Made by a program: the position numbers and the translations under genes
Assembly (NCBI GenBank): GCA_046563655.1
Contig: CM102290.1
Coordinates: forward strand, 2,976,001 to 3,040,000
Direction: 5' to 3'
Length of the DNA stretch: 64,000 nt
From: Yuukianura sp. NJ FZ-2021
Taxonomy: Eukaryota
The notes under the pieces: generated by a model
The model's input: only the letters and a program-made list of their open reading frames with translations
What the model was told of the DNA's origin: nothing
Databases searched by the model: none
Shown here: piece by piece, positions 26,801 through 38,800 of the stretch
How positions within the stretch are numbered: position 1 is the first letter of the stretch
How the letters are laid out: each line of letters begins with the position of its first letter

Positions 26801-29800
26801 AGTTGTTTGTTGAAAAAGTTGTACAAAAATGAAAAGTTCCATCGTTTTATTTATGTTTGGGCTTTTGTCTTGTTGCATGTTCACAAAACATTTAGACAAG
26901 TCCATACTTTCTTGTAGTTCGATGACCTTTTGACCCCTGTCTAAACTGAATTACTCTAATAACTTTGACCCCTATGCCACATTTAACTTTGACGTGAACC
27001 TGGAACGTTAAGTTTCTTGTTTCCACTGAGCGAACTTAATTCTATGTCGTTTTTCAAAGCGTTTTTGGTAGAACCTTAAATTTTACTAAGAAAAAGCAGC
27101 TCCTGATTAAAATCAAGAGAAGCAGGCAAGGTTTTACCACAACTTTCTCCTCTGATGGAGGTGCTCTGTAACAGACACTTTGCTGAGGCGCTGGTAGCAC
27201 TAAGTTTTTGTTTACTGAAAAACCACGTGCTGGAAGTTCATTTCAACTAATCACAATTCGCGACTCAACTACTTACAGTAGGCTACGTAATCACGAACTG
27301 CTTCGGGTAATCTTCCAACTTTGTTCTTCCCGCTTTAGTCGCTTCGTTTCACACAAAGAACTTACCAAAGGAGCAAACTTTCACCTTTTGTGCCTTTAAG
27401 TTTCAACATTTTTGACATTTTGCAGAATAGAGATTTAATTTGGATTAGGTAGAACTTACATAAAGAGGCATTTTCATTCGCTCCTCCTTAAAACTTAACT
27501 TCCTCAAGTGGTTTTCTCCTATCTCAAAAACTTCATTTTCAACTAATTCAAAACTTCCGAAAACTTTTTTTGGAAGTTACAACTCTTGTACTTTCACTTT
27601 CTTCAAATTTTACAGGCGGTTTTGAAAAAATTGACGCGTGTCTAAAAACATTTACATCATTATTTGGAAGACGGAAGTGGAAAAAAATGAAAACGATGTT
27701 TTCAAGAATTTGAAACTTCAACATATGACGTGTCTTCAAAATTTTTGACTTTTCTTGTGCTTACTTAGTATTTTATTTGCATGATGTTTTCAACTTAGAG
27801 AGAAGTAGCAAATCTTGTCTAATTAAAAAATGAACTCGTTTTCGTTTTTTCTTTCTTGGTTGACACATTTTGGGTGAAAGTTTAAAAAAAATGAGTTTAG
27901 ACATTTGTGATGCAGATGAAATCTCTGGAAATTTTCTTCATTTTTTTTTTCGTCTGAGGACGACGCATAGACTTTCCAAGTGACATGGAGCTTGTGGGAA
28001 ACTGTAATTCGGCAAAGGAAATGTTCTGGAAGACAATGTCGTATCAACAATAAATTACGATTTGCTTTATGGTTCGGAGTCTATAGGCCTTACTTTATGG
28101 AAATTAGAGGCATACGGTGGCCTCAACCCCCCAAAAAAGGGAAGCGCAGTGAAGCGCTAGAAAATGTGAAGCTAAGGGCACGACGGTGACGCTTGTGTTT
28201 TCGTTCTTTTTTTGTCCAGAGGTGTGCAAAGTTATTCTGTCTAAGAAAAATTTAAAAGATATTCATGAATTCAGGGTTCTATATGCAGTTCACGTCAGTC
28301 TCTCTGATTCTAAAAGATGACATTTGTTCTTGAAATCCAGGAGTTAAGTCACGGAACTTAAAAATAACTTTTTCCAAGGTCATTTGTCACCATCTCCGCA
28401 ATTGCATCTTTCAGCTTTGCCAATTTCAATGACATCGTCACTTAACATCTCCTTCCTTGAATAAACTTCTGGCTCAATGCAATTAATTTTTCAGACTTCC
28501 TGTTTCTCTCTGATCGCTAGTTTACGATCACTTCTAAGAATTTCAGCGGCAAATTATCAAGATAGAAAAAACACTCAACTAAAGAAACAACTACTATTTG
28601 AAAATAAAAAAACTTGTTGACTTTTTTTATAAATATCGTGGGAGTGTGTTGTCTAGTAGGCCAAAAAGAATTGGCAAACGCAAAACCCAGGAAACTAAAA
28701 AGAAAAAAATTATTGCCAAATCTCAACGCCATTTTAAAAAATACAAAATAAAGTTCTTTTTAAGTTTTATTAAAATTAAGTTTAAAGTCACAAAATCCTT
28801 TGTTTGCAACTGAACTTTTTATATTTATAAAAAATACAAACTTTTAACAAAATTCAAAACTGTGTTGGGCATATTATGTGATGCGGGTGGAAGACTATGG
28901 AATGTTTTGTATTTTACGCATGTGCTAGAATTTGATTATATTTTAGGAAAGGAATTGAGAACGATTATGAGTCAATGGAGAATTAAATTGAGCCAAATTG
29001 AATTTAAAATGTACAGTCAGATCCAAAGTGTTTGGTGCTTACTTAGTACAGTTCAACGGCATGGGATCTTTTGAACTTGAGGAAAGATGTTCTGTGAAAC
29101 CATTAAAGTTTATTATTTCCCCTCCATGGTCCATCCCAATTTCAAAATTGAATGAACATTCCTCTCTCTCTTCGTTCCGAAGCCAAGAATAGTTCATGCA
29201 GCTCTTCTGTGTAGGAAGATTCATTTCTCCGCGCTTTCTAGCCTTAGTTTGGGCCATAGTGGGCGAGAAAGCGAAAGTTCTAACACCACCGCTAACCTAA
29301 CAAAGCCCACCGCTAGCTCCAAGGACCCACGACCATTCCCCAGACAATAGAATTTAGAACTTGGAATTTTTTCTTCCTCCTTTGGCTTCCGTTGGAATTG
29401 GATTTTTTCCAAACAGTTTTCTCTCTATGCCTTGTCTTCTTGTCCCATTACTTTGAATCCAAAGAAAACGTTGTTTGGCCACTTCCAAGAATTATGACTC
29501 GCCAAATCCAAATGTTGTTTTGCTTTTCCTAAAGAAATTACATTGTTGTTCGTACTGTCTACCGGATAAAGTTCAACACATTAAACATAGGATAGGCAGA
29601 AGCAGCGAGATAGGGTACGTGTGACCTTGGTTGGAATTGAAAAGATCAAGTTGACCTTTGTCAAAGTGGCGGAAGAAGACTAATAAGATCAACAGTCCAA
29701 TTGAATTTGAGTTTCGCAACTCAATTTTGTTGTAACTTTTGGAAATTATATGATTTCATAAAATGGTTTTTGTTCTAAACTCGGTTCATATGAGCAGAAA

Positions 29801-32800
29801 TGCTGCTCAATTTGTTTCAATTGAATAGAAATTAACTCAATTCTCAGAAATGGAATGGAAAAAAATATGAGACTGGTTCTGTTTTTTGAAAAAGAAAGCA
29901 ACAAAGGACTAGGTAATGTTTCAGTTTACGTAATGCTATTGAATTCAATCTGCTTTTCGCTTCTACTGGTTGGTTTCTATTACTTTGTTCTATGAGATCA
30001 ATGCACGATGAAAGTTATGTAATAAGGGCAATGACGCCATTCCTAACTTAATTTGTTGCATGATTTTTTTTTGTTCGAACTCTTCCACTTTTGTTTGAAC
30101 AAATTCTCAGACTACTTTCTCCTCCGTTGTCTCGGGAAAGTTGAAAGCCGATGCTTCCAAATGTTAACATTTTCCTAATTTGAAAAGATCGCCAAAAACA
30201 CCATAATTCCTTGTTTATTTGACAGAACTTTGAACTCGTTTCTCCTTTTCGCGCCAATTTGTACTAACCAGAACCTAAGGACTACTAAATCTCTTTATGG
30301 AAAATGAAATTTGATAATTATGTGTACCGTAAATTTCAAAAGTAGTTCCAGGCCTGTATTAATCAATTTGAGAATGGTAGCAAAAACGATGTGTTTGAGA
30401 AAGAGATAGTTTTGGAAATTTACGGTATTTCCAATTATAGGAAAGTTTGTAACAAAATCTCATCCTGTGTTCAACCGACTATGAAAACTTATGATCAAAA
30501 TTTTGAATTTTGGAGACCAAGTTGAGTCAGCGGTCGTTTGAAATATCATAGTTTGAGATCTTTGCAACGCCTTGACTTTTGGAACTTATGATCCTCCAAC
30601 TTCACTTTTTACCTTGAAAACTAATAGTTTTAGTTTTAAATTCTTTAGGTGCAGAAATGTTTAGATTTCTAATGACTTACAGTTAGATTTGAAACTAACG
30701 AGGAACTTTTGACTTTTGAAGGCCTCTTTGTTTAGTCTTGTTTGCTGAATGTCTTAACTTTGTTTTGTTTGCTTTCTTTTTGAACAAGTATCTTGTTTTA
30801 GAAAAACCAAAGTTAGAAGTTGGAAAAAGAGAAAGTTGTGTTGAGAAAACCTGATTGTCTAAACCTAACAATTCTATTTGAGAAAAGCACAATAGGACTT
30901 TGACGTCTAAAAGAAAATTCCTTTAGATGTTTTCATGTACTCCAAAGTAGGTTCAAGTGTTCTTCCTCCACAAATCCGGTTGAGGACACCGTGATTTCAC
31001 GGTCACGGTTTCACAAATTTCCGTTTCCTTCCTTCTCTGAAGAAGGAGTGAAAACGTCTTTGAAATTTGGAAACGAAAACGATTTGTACTTTTCAAATTT
31101 AAACTCTCCGTCATCATAATCTTACTTATGCACGCAACTATTTCTGACAACTTAACAAACGGCTCTGAGACATTTCCACATCAGTCTTGTTTCAAGTGGC
31201 AGAGGCTTTGGCGTTCGGAACTTTTTTTTTCATATTTTTAAATTGGTCACAATTTTTGAAAATGTCTCACCAAAAAAAAATCCATGAGAGTTGACTTATT
31301 TGTCCAATTTTGACTTCATTTTTCTTCCGTCATCACACACCAGGTTCTATTTACTCAAGAACTAAAGAAAAACGACTGGACTTTTTTATACACAAAGTCA
31401 ACCAATTTTTCACTTTTGAGCAAACGACAAAATCGCAAGTGAAAGTGAAAGTCCTTGAGGACACGAGCAGGAAAAAACTCTTCAAAAATACTAAACTGTC
31501 CAAAAAATACGTGTGCCTAAAGTCATATTTTTTGAGGGGACTTAAGGGCCTAAACACCATAAAAATTGAACTTACAAGAGTACCAGTTTGGCTCAATAAA
31601 TTGATGAGTTTTCGAAGGTGTAACAAATTGAATTTGTGTCTGTTTGACTGAGCAGAGTTAAATTTTATACGAGTATGCTTTCACCATACCGGGCTACAAA
31701 AAAAAAAAAACTCGTGTTTTCAAAAAAAGCAACATCAAAAATTGATTTAACCTTTACCATGCACGTACACTTCAAGCTAATAGTTTGAAAATCCTCGTTT
31801 TTTTTTATTCCTTTTTTCAAAAAAATCATTGATCTCAATAAAATGTAAACTTGAAGAGAAGGATTTTGCAATGAATATTTGACAGCCTAAAGTGCTTAAA
31901 TCCGCCTCCCTGATCATCATCTTCAGTATCCTGCTTTTCAATTTTCCAACAGAGGACTGTTCAATTCCTGGAAAAGAAGCTTAAGAGGGTCGAAGTCTCT
32001 TTCTTCCAGAATCTCCACAAATCCATTGGATCAAGATCCAAGATCATGATTTCAAGGCGCCAAGACCATGAATTTAACATCCGCATAGTTTTTCCATGTT
32101 TCTGGGTTCTGGTACGAGTAAAATAAAATGGAAATGATTTCTAGTGATCGTGGTGTGGTTAGCTGAGACAGGACGGAAAGGCTTTCTGTGGTTGGGATTT
32201 GACAAAGAGATGAGTTAGTTTCAGTTCCAAGTTCAAAAAAAGTGTGAAAACGTAGTCTAACCTTTCACCATTTGGAGTCCGGTTGGAAAGTGCTTGTGGA
32301 TGCTGAGGTTTTGAGTTCCAAGTTCAAATGCAGGAGAATTGCCGTTGAGGGATCGATTTAGACGTAAGGGGACACATAAATCTTGACCTCATCTGCCCTA
32401 ACCAACTGCTCCACTCTCTCCTGTCAGGACTCTGGAGACCTTAAGGGGTCAAAATGGAATTTGAAAACTTGAGGGACCACTTTCCACATTAAATTCTCTC
32501 TATGGCAGGATAGGCCACTTTCACTACCATCCTCTTATCACTTCTACAACGATTACATAACGGGTCGTCGCCCTGTGACCCCCAAAACCTTGTAATTTGC
32601 TCTAAAATTTTGAATTTTTAGTTTGTATTTGGCTTTTTCACCTCCTGTGAGTCATAAAAACTAAAAATATTTTCAAATTTTGTCCAAATTTTGAATCTAA
32701 AAGTCAATTCTGACTGAAGTTGACAGTTTTTTGTTAGTTTAAGTTTAACTGCCTTGTATAAATATTTTTTTAACTATCAGCAAAATTTCGGACGAAATCC

Positions 32801-35800
32801 TTTGCGAAAAAAAAACTTCTTTTTGAAATTGTATAACCATTGAAGTTTGAGTGAAGTTTGAGTTCATTTGAATATTTTTTTGAAGTTTGAAACAAAAACA
32901 CATTTGGCTTTTGCTGTAGTTTTTCTTTGAAAAAGTCTCGTTTCTGCAATTTGGAAAAATGGAGTTTATAAATTATGTGGGAAGAAGTAGAGTCCGAGCT
33001 CTGGGGAAATCTGAAGACGGATTCCTGCAGGAGCAGTTTTAGGCTAAATATGGTAGATTAGGATAGACAACGTTTGGGTAACAAACTAACTTTCTACCCC
33101 ATTTAGAAAGTGTTGACTTTGCACTTTTTTTGAAAGAAAAAACAAAGAAGACGATGATGGCCTAAGTGTGATGCCCTAAACCTGAAAGTTAATTTGGAAG
33201 CCAAGTGAGGCCTGAGTAGGCGGGACGTGATTCTTCATTAGCAATTCAGAACAGAATCCGGAACATAAATGGTTCGAGTGTACACCATGTACATACACAT
33301 GTAAGGTCCATATTTGTCTGCCCTAAGCTTTAAAACCTCTGCTCTCGGTAGTAACGATGACACTAGTTTTGCTCTCAGTTTTGGCACGAAGAACCTATGA
33401 CAGGAGCCAAAATCACAGGATTTGTTACCCCTGCGCTGTCTAATTAGAATTTCTTTGTATGCCGTCAACCCATGGTGCTGCTAAAATTGTAAAGAAAGTT
33501 TCAAGTTTTAAGAAAGTTAAAAACAAAGTAATTACAAAAGTTTTGTCATATTCTATATTTTTATGTTACAAATATTTTGTTGCTGAAGCATCCGACACAT
33601 TTTCGAAAATGAAATTTTGAGATTTTTTTAACTCAAGTTGAAAATATTCCCACAACTGGAGATGTTTGGAGCTGAATTTTGGAAAACCAAAATACAGTGT
33701 TTTGATGTTTGTGGTGAGATGAGAAAAGAGAAAGTTTTTGAAATGTTGTATCCGAAATTAAATCCAGGTTTAATTTCAAAACCTAATTAAGTTTCCAAAG
33801 TGAAAACAAGCTACGGAACTTGAGAAAGACCATGTTTTGTGGTTATGCCTTTGGTTTTGTTTTCAAACACAGTGATCAAGTTGCACATATATTTTGTACA
33901 CTGTGGTTTCAATGTTTTGAACATAACTTTTGCCCTAGTTTTACATTGTAAAGAGCATAAACATACCATTACTGTGAAGCTCAAAATTGGTTTCAAAATT
34001 TTCCAACGCAATTTTTTTTTTGAAAATTACGGAGAAACCAGACTTCGTCAGATAAACTTCTCATACACTCTGTAGTAGTTTATGTAAATTTTCCATTTGA
34101 AACTTTGTTGCAGCTCATGTCAACGACAGTGGGCTTAACTGTATCCAAAATGGCTCCTTTGCAGTCGACGCAAGGATTGGGGCTACTGGGTCATTTGGTG
34201 TCCTGAGATTTAAATTGAACCGAGCGAATAAGAAACTGAAAAAAGCGTAGCGTTGTTCCAGTCCTGGAAAGGGACGTTCCAGTGCTGATGCTGATCGCTT
34301 GGAAACGTGATGCAGATGAAGCGAAAGTCCCAAAGCGACAGTTTGGGAATAAGATCCGAAGCGTTTTCTTAAAGACAAGAACGAGAGGCTGGGATGTGAT
34401 GTTGGAAAGTCACCCATTTCCTTTAGCGTTGAGACCCTCTCTACGTACTTACCATTATTTCACGTTCTCCATGTTCTTTTTCAAATTCTAGTCGGCGGGC
34501 GTGCGATCGTTTGAAATTTGAAAATGGTACTAACACTTTAGCCAGCTAAGTCAAAATCCTCGTTACACTCCGCACAAACCCAAAATTACGATTTGTTTTT
34601 ATCCTTTCGGAGAACCAAAAGCCGCGTCTCCAAAAAACAGATTGGAAACGGTTTTTTTAATCGAGCGCCTAATAAATTGGGTGTAATTTACTGTGCCTAA
34701 TTCGCTTGAAGTTGAACCTGAATTTTCAAATGCCAAGGCATGGGAAAAGTCTGTTCCTGGATTCCATTATTTCCGTTTGTAGCATGTGTGATTCAGGAGG
34801 AAAAAAAGTAGATTTTGGTGGGTTTTTGTTCAATGTTCAAAGTTCCAAGTGTCATTAGGTTTGGAAAGTACCACAGTCTGTGCTGCTCCTCGAGCATTCG
34901 ACGACATCCAGAATAAATTGGAGTTCATGGATTTAGTAAAGATAGTGAACTCGAGGGAACTTGTAAAGGTGTGTCGTCGTTGCCGTTATAGTCTGGAAAG
35001 TGCTTATAGTCTTTTTGAGAAAGACGAAAAAAGTGAAAGTAAAAAAAAAGTTTGGTCATTATTACAGGATATAAAGTAAGGTTTGATGAAGGAAAAACGG
35101 ATAAAAGGAACTGGAAACTTTAGGAAGCAGAGGGGGACATGTCACCGTGTCGCAGTTTTTACTTTGGTGTGCGGTGACATCAAAACTCTAACTGGAGACA
35201 CACGCCACCACACGTCTGGCGTCACTCTGGTAGAAAACAAGGTGTCATTACTGACATCAACGATACTTGTAAAGCTAACGTAAATATCAAATGCCGTGTA
35301 GATGCGACGGTTTCTTAGAAATTGTTGTTGACAATAATTGTAATTATAAGAAAGAAAAAGCGAAAAGTTCAGATTTTGTATAATTTTTCGACATTTTATG
35401 GAAAGGATAAAGGATCTGGCTACCTAGAAAGATTTATAACTTTACGATTTTGAAAATTTTCTCAAAATTTTTCCAATGCCTTTATAATTATGAGTACGAA
35501 TTTAGTTAATTTTGAAAGTTATGAAAAGTTTTTGTGTTCGTGAAAAGTTTATGGTAAACCGCTGCATATGCTACACTAGACACATGAACAAAATTTTGTC
35601 ACTCAGCAGGTGAACAGGAAACATTTCTGAATTCAACTTTTCAAAATTAGAATAGAATTTCGGAAATTTCGAAATTTCAAAATTTTGTGTGGTTTTACGT
35701 CCACAGTAGGATCGGAAACCGTGAACAGGAAAATTGTTCCTAGTTGGTCACATCTAAATTCAGTTTAGTGGAAATTCGTGTGGTGAAAGGCGGAGGAAAG

Positions 35801-38800
35801 CTAGGTTTAGAGCGCAGGTCAACTCTGAGGTCAACATAGAGAAATAAAAGAATTTCGAAAACCTTAAAAATTTAAATTGAATCCTCTTGTTTGAAAATAC
35901 TGAAAACTGAAACTCATTAAGCTACATTTTTTGTGGTTGTGGTATTGCAGCTATGCCGGTGGAACTATTCGTGATGTGGCATCAGTATCCCTGGGTGTTT
36001 GGTGAACTGGGCTGCGATCTTCGTGGAATTCTAACGGAATGTACGACATATGCCTCCATTCTGACTATAGTCGCCTTCACTACAGAACGCTACATTGCCA
36101 TTTGTCATCCAATGAGAACTCAGACCAAGTCCAAGTTCAGTCGAGCCACTCGTGTCATTGTCCTCATCTGGATGATTTCCATTACGAGTGCTCTCCCATG
36201 GGGAGTCTACACTCAGGTAATAAGAACTTAACTAAATTTTTCAAAACTAAGCTTAAAGAGATCACAAAAAGAACATTTGCAAATCTGCAAAGTCCTTGAA
36301 GCTTCTGCCAAGAAAAAGAAACTTTAATTATGCATAACTTCCTGCGTCTCGAGAAAAATTTAAAATTTTATGAAAATTTCTGCACATTGTATAGTCTCTC
36401 TGTTTTTGCTTTTCACTTTCACTTTCCTCCTCCACACGTTTAAGTTTTACGTCGCTTTGTTTTTGTGGCGCAGTTATTCAAAATTTGGCTTTTAATAACT
36501 TTGCAGATCTCTTATCGTACGCGAAACAGTTTTATTGTACAGTTTTAACAGCGCCCAATTTCGCACAAATTACCCAAAATTGAAATAAAACTCTTGGCAT
36601 TCTCTAGTTGAGTAGTCCAGGTTCTGAGAGAAACGTTGAGTTTTCTTAGTAATTAATTTTCAGATTAATTCTCCTGATATTATCTCAACCAAAAATAAAA
36701 CTTGTTTTCCAAAACGAAGACACGCTTTTTGGTTGGGGTGAAACTTTCACCGTGAAAGTTGTAGAAACGGAAATGTGAAATGTAGAGGAAGAAATCGTTT
36801 TATGAGAAAGTTGGAAGAAGATAGAACAGAAACGAAGAATATTTTAGTTAAAAGAGGTTGAAAGCAAATTCGAAGGCATTTTGTTTACATAAGGGCCTTC
36901 CGCTGAGACTTCATGCTGGTTTCCTCTAAAGTTTTTTGAAAGAGGTCAACCGAGAGGTCAAATTTTGAGGTCACGTGGCAAATCGGGACAGTTACTTGAA
37001 TATTCGTAACTAGTATGCTACATGGCAATAACGTAGGAAGTTTTAAAAATGAAATTAAAGTTAGCATAAAAGAAAATGAATCAACAGAAATGAACCCCGC
37101 GGACTGCTAAACTCAAAACCTTTGTCTCCCTGCTTTGTTCCAAAAGGGAAAATGAACTTTCACTTTCATTTTTCTTAGCCTTACATTACGTTCTTAGGTT
37201 CATGTTAGGTTAGGCTCTAACCTCGCGTGGCTTAGAAAATTACGGAAACATTTTCAGGGGGTGGCATCCTCCATTTTCTAGATTTTTGAAAAGTAAAACT
37301 AGAATTTATTGCAACCGGGAAAGTAAGTCTGGAGGTAATTAGAGTTATTTATGCCGCCAAAAACTCCTTCACCCACCCTAAAACCCACGTTGTTAGCGTA
37401 ATTCCTGAAGAGAAAAAAGTTTATTTCAAAACTTTCCTCTCTTTTGGCATTTTTCCATCTCTTTTATAGTTTGTTTTTGTTTGTGCGAGCAGACACGCGC
37501 CAGCATATAGCAGTAGCAGAACTTGTCATTTTAGTAAATTGACATTAGGAATTAAGATGAAGATAAAAAAGCAATTTTGATAAAAGTTGGCTACTGGAAG
37601 TTTAGGAAAAGCAAGGAGAAAGTTGGCTGATCTTTACAAAATCACGTTTCAAATTGAAATGGAGAAAGTCAGAGCAGAAGGAATATGAATCCCTAATGAA
37701 ATGAAAAATTCTACTGAACAGACGACAGTAGTCAAAATTTTATTGTTTCCTCCAAAAGGGAATCGACTAACGAAATCCATGCGTCAACTTCAATCATTTC
37801 AGTTTCTATTATGTTCCAATTCAGTGTTTATTTTGAACCAAAATTTTGGTTAAACGAAAACCCAAATTCACAAAGTAGTTACTCTGACGCTTTTTCGTTT
37901 TTGAGAGGCTACACATACCACTTCCCAAGAGACAAGTTGACTAAAACGTTTGTTCGGGGAACAATGGACATTTCATTTTGAGTAAACCAACGCAAACATG
38001 AAAATTCAGCAGTCAAAAGCCCACATTTCAAAATTTCAAAAAGACGCATTTTGAGAATTAGTTATGACGAAGAGGACGGATGACAGTTTTGTAAGGATTT
38101 ACATCTGAGCCATAAATTAGATTTCCGGTAAAAAGTACACGTCCCTCTGGACAACTTTGTCTGTAGATTGCAGACATGTCAAAAACATTAGAGTACTCAC
38201 CAAGAAAAGTGGAAGTTCGTAAAAGATTAAGCGTTCGGGACTAGTAAAATCTACTTTTCTTCCAACGTTGAAAATCTTTTTGTGGGGGGTTGAAAGAGAC
38301 TTGCAATTTTTTTGATTCAAGAGCATTAGGGTGTGGGTAGAGTCCAGTAGCATCAGCAGGGCTGTTACCCTTTGACCTTACAGGAACTTTCTTGCTGAGA
38401 CCACTTTGGATTTGAAAATAAATCTTGAAAGTTCCTTTTAAGAGCTTCTACTAGGAGAGTCTGACAGGTTGCGTGCCAATCTACCGTACAAGAGAAAGTT
38501 GGATGATGGTGATGAGAACGGCTTTTCGGAACCAGGTTCCTTCAGTTCGAAACTCCTCTACTGTTCTAAGGGTCTTTTTTTTCCAAACATCCTGAACAAG
38601 ATTTTGAGAGTAATCAAAGAAAAGTACTTTCTCTCTTAGTTTTAGTTTTAAGGTAAAGTGTTTAAGTACAATTCTTTTAATGGGCTTCAAATTTTTGACT
38701 AATTTTCCACATTTGCCAAAAACTTTTCAAATTTAGGCGGCTGGTAAACCCTTGACTTTCAACATGTCGATTTCTCAGTTCCACGTTCATTGTCTAAAAC

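Noticed and set aside
34114..34505. Acceptor-like TTGCAG|CT at 34113, and a minus-strand RRLEFEKEH resembling a Tc1 transposase motif
   Set aside because: The plus-strand reading has no GPCR similarity and stops after about 45 codons. The minus-strand match does not continue into any DDE motif.
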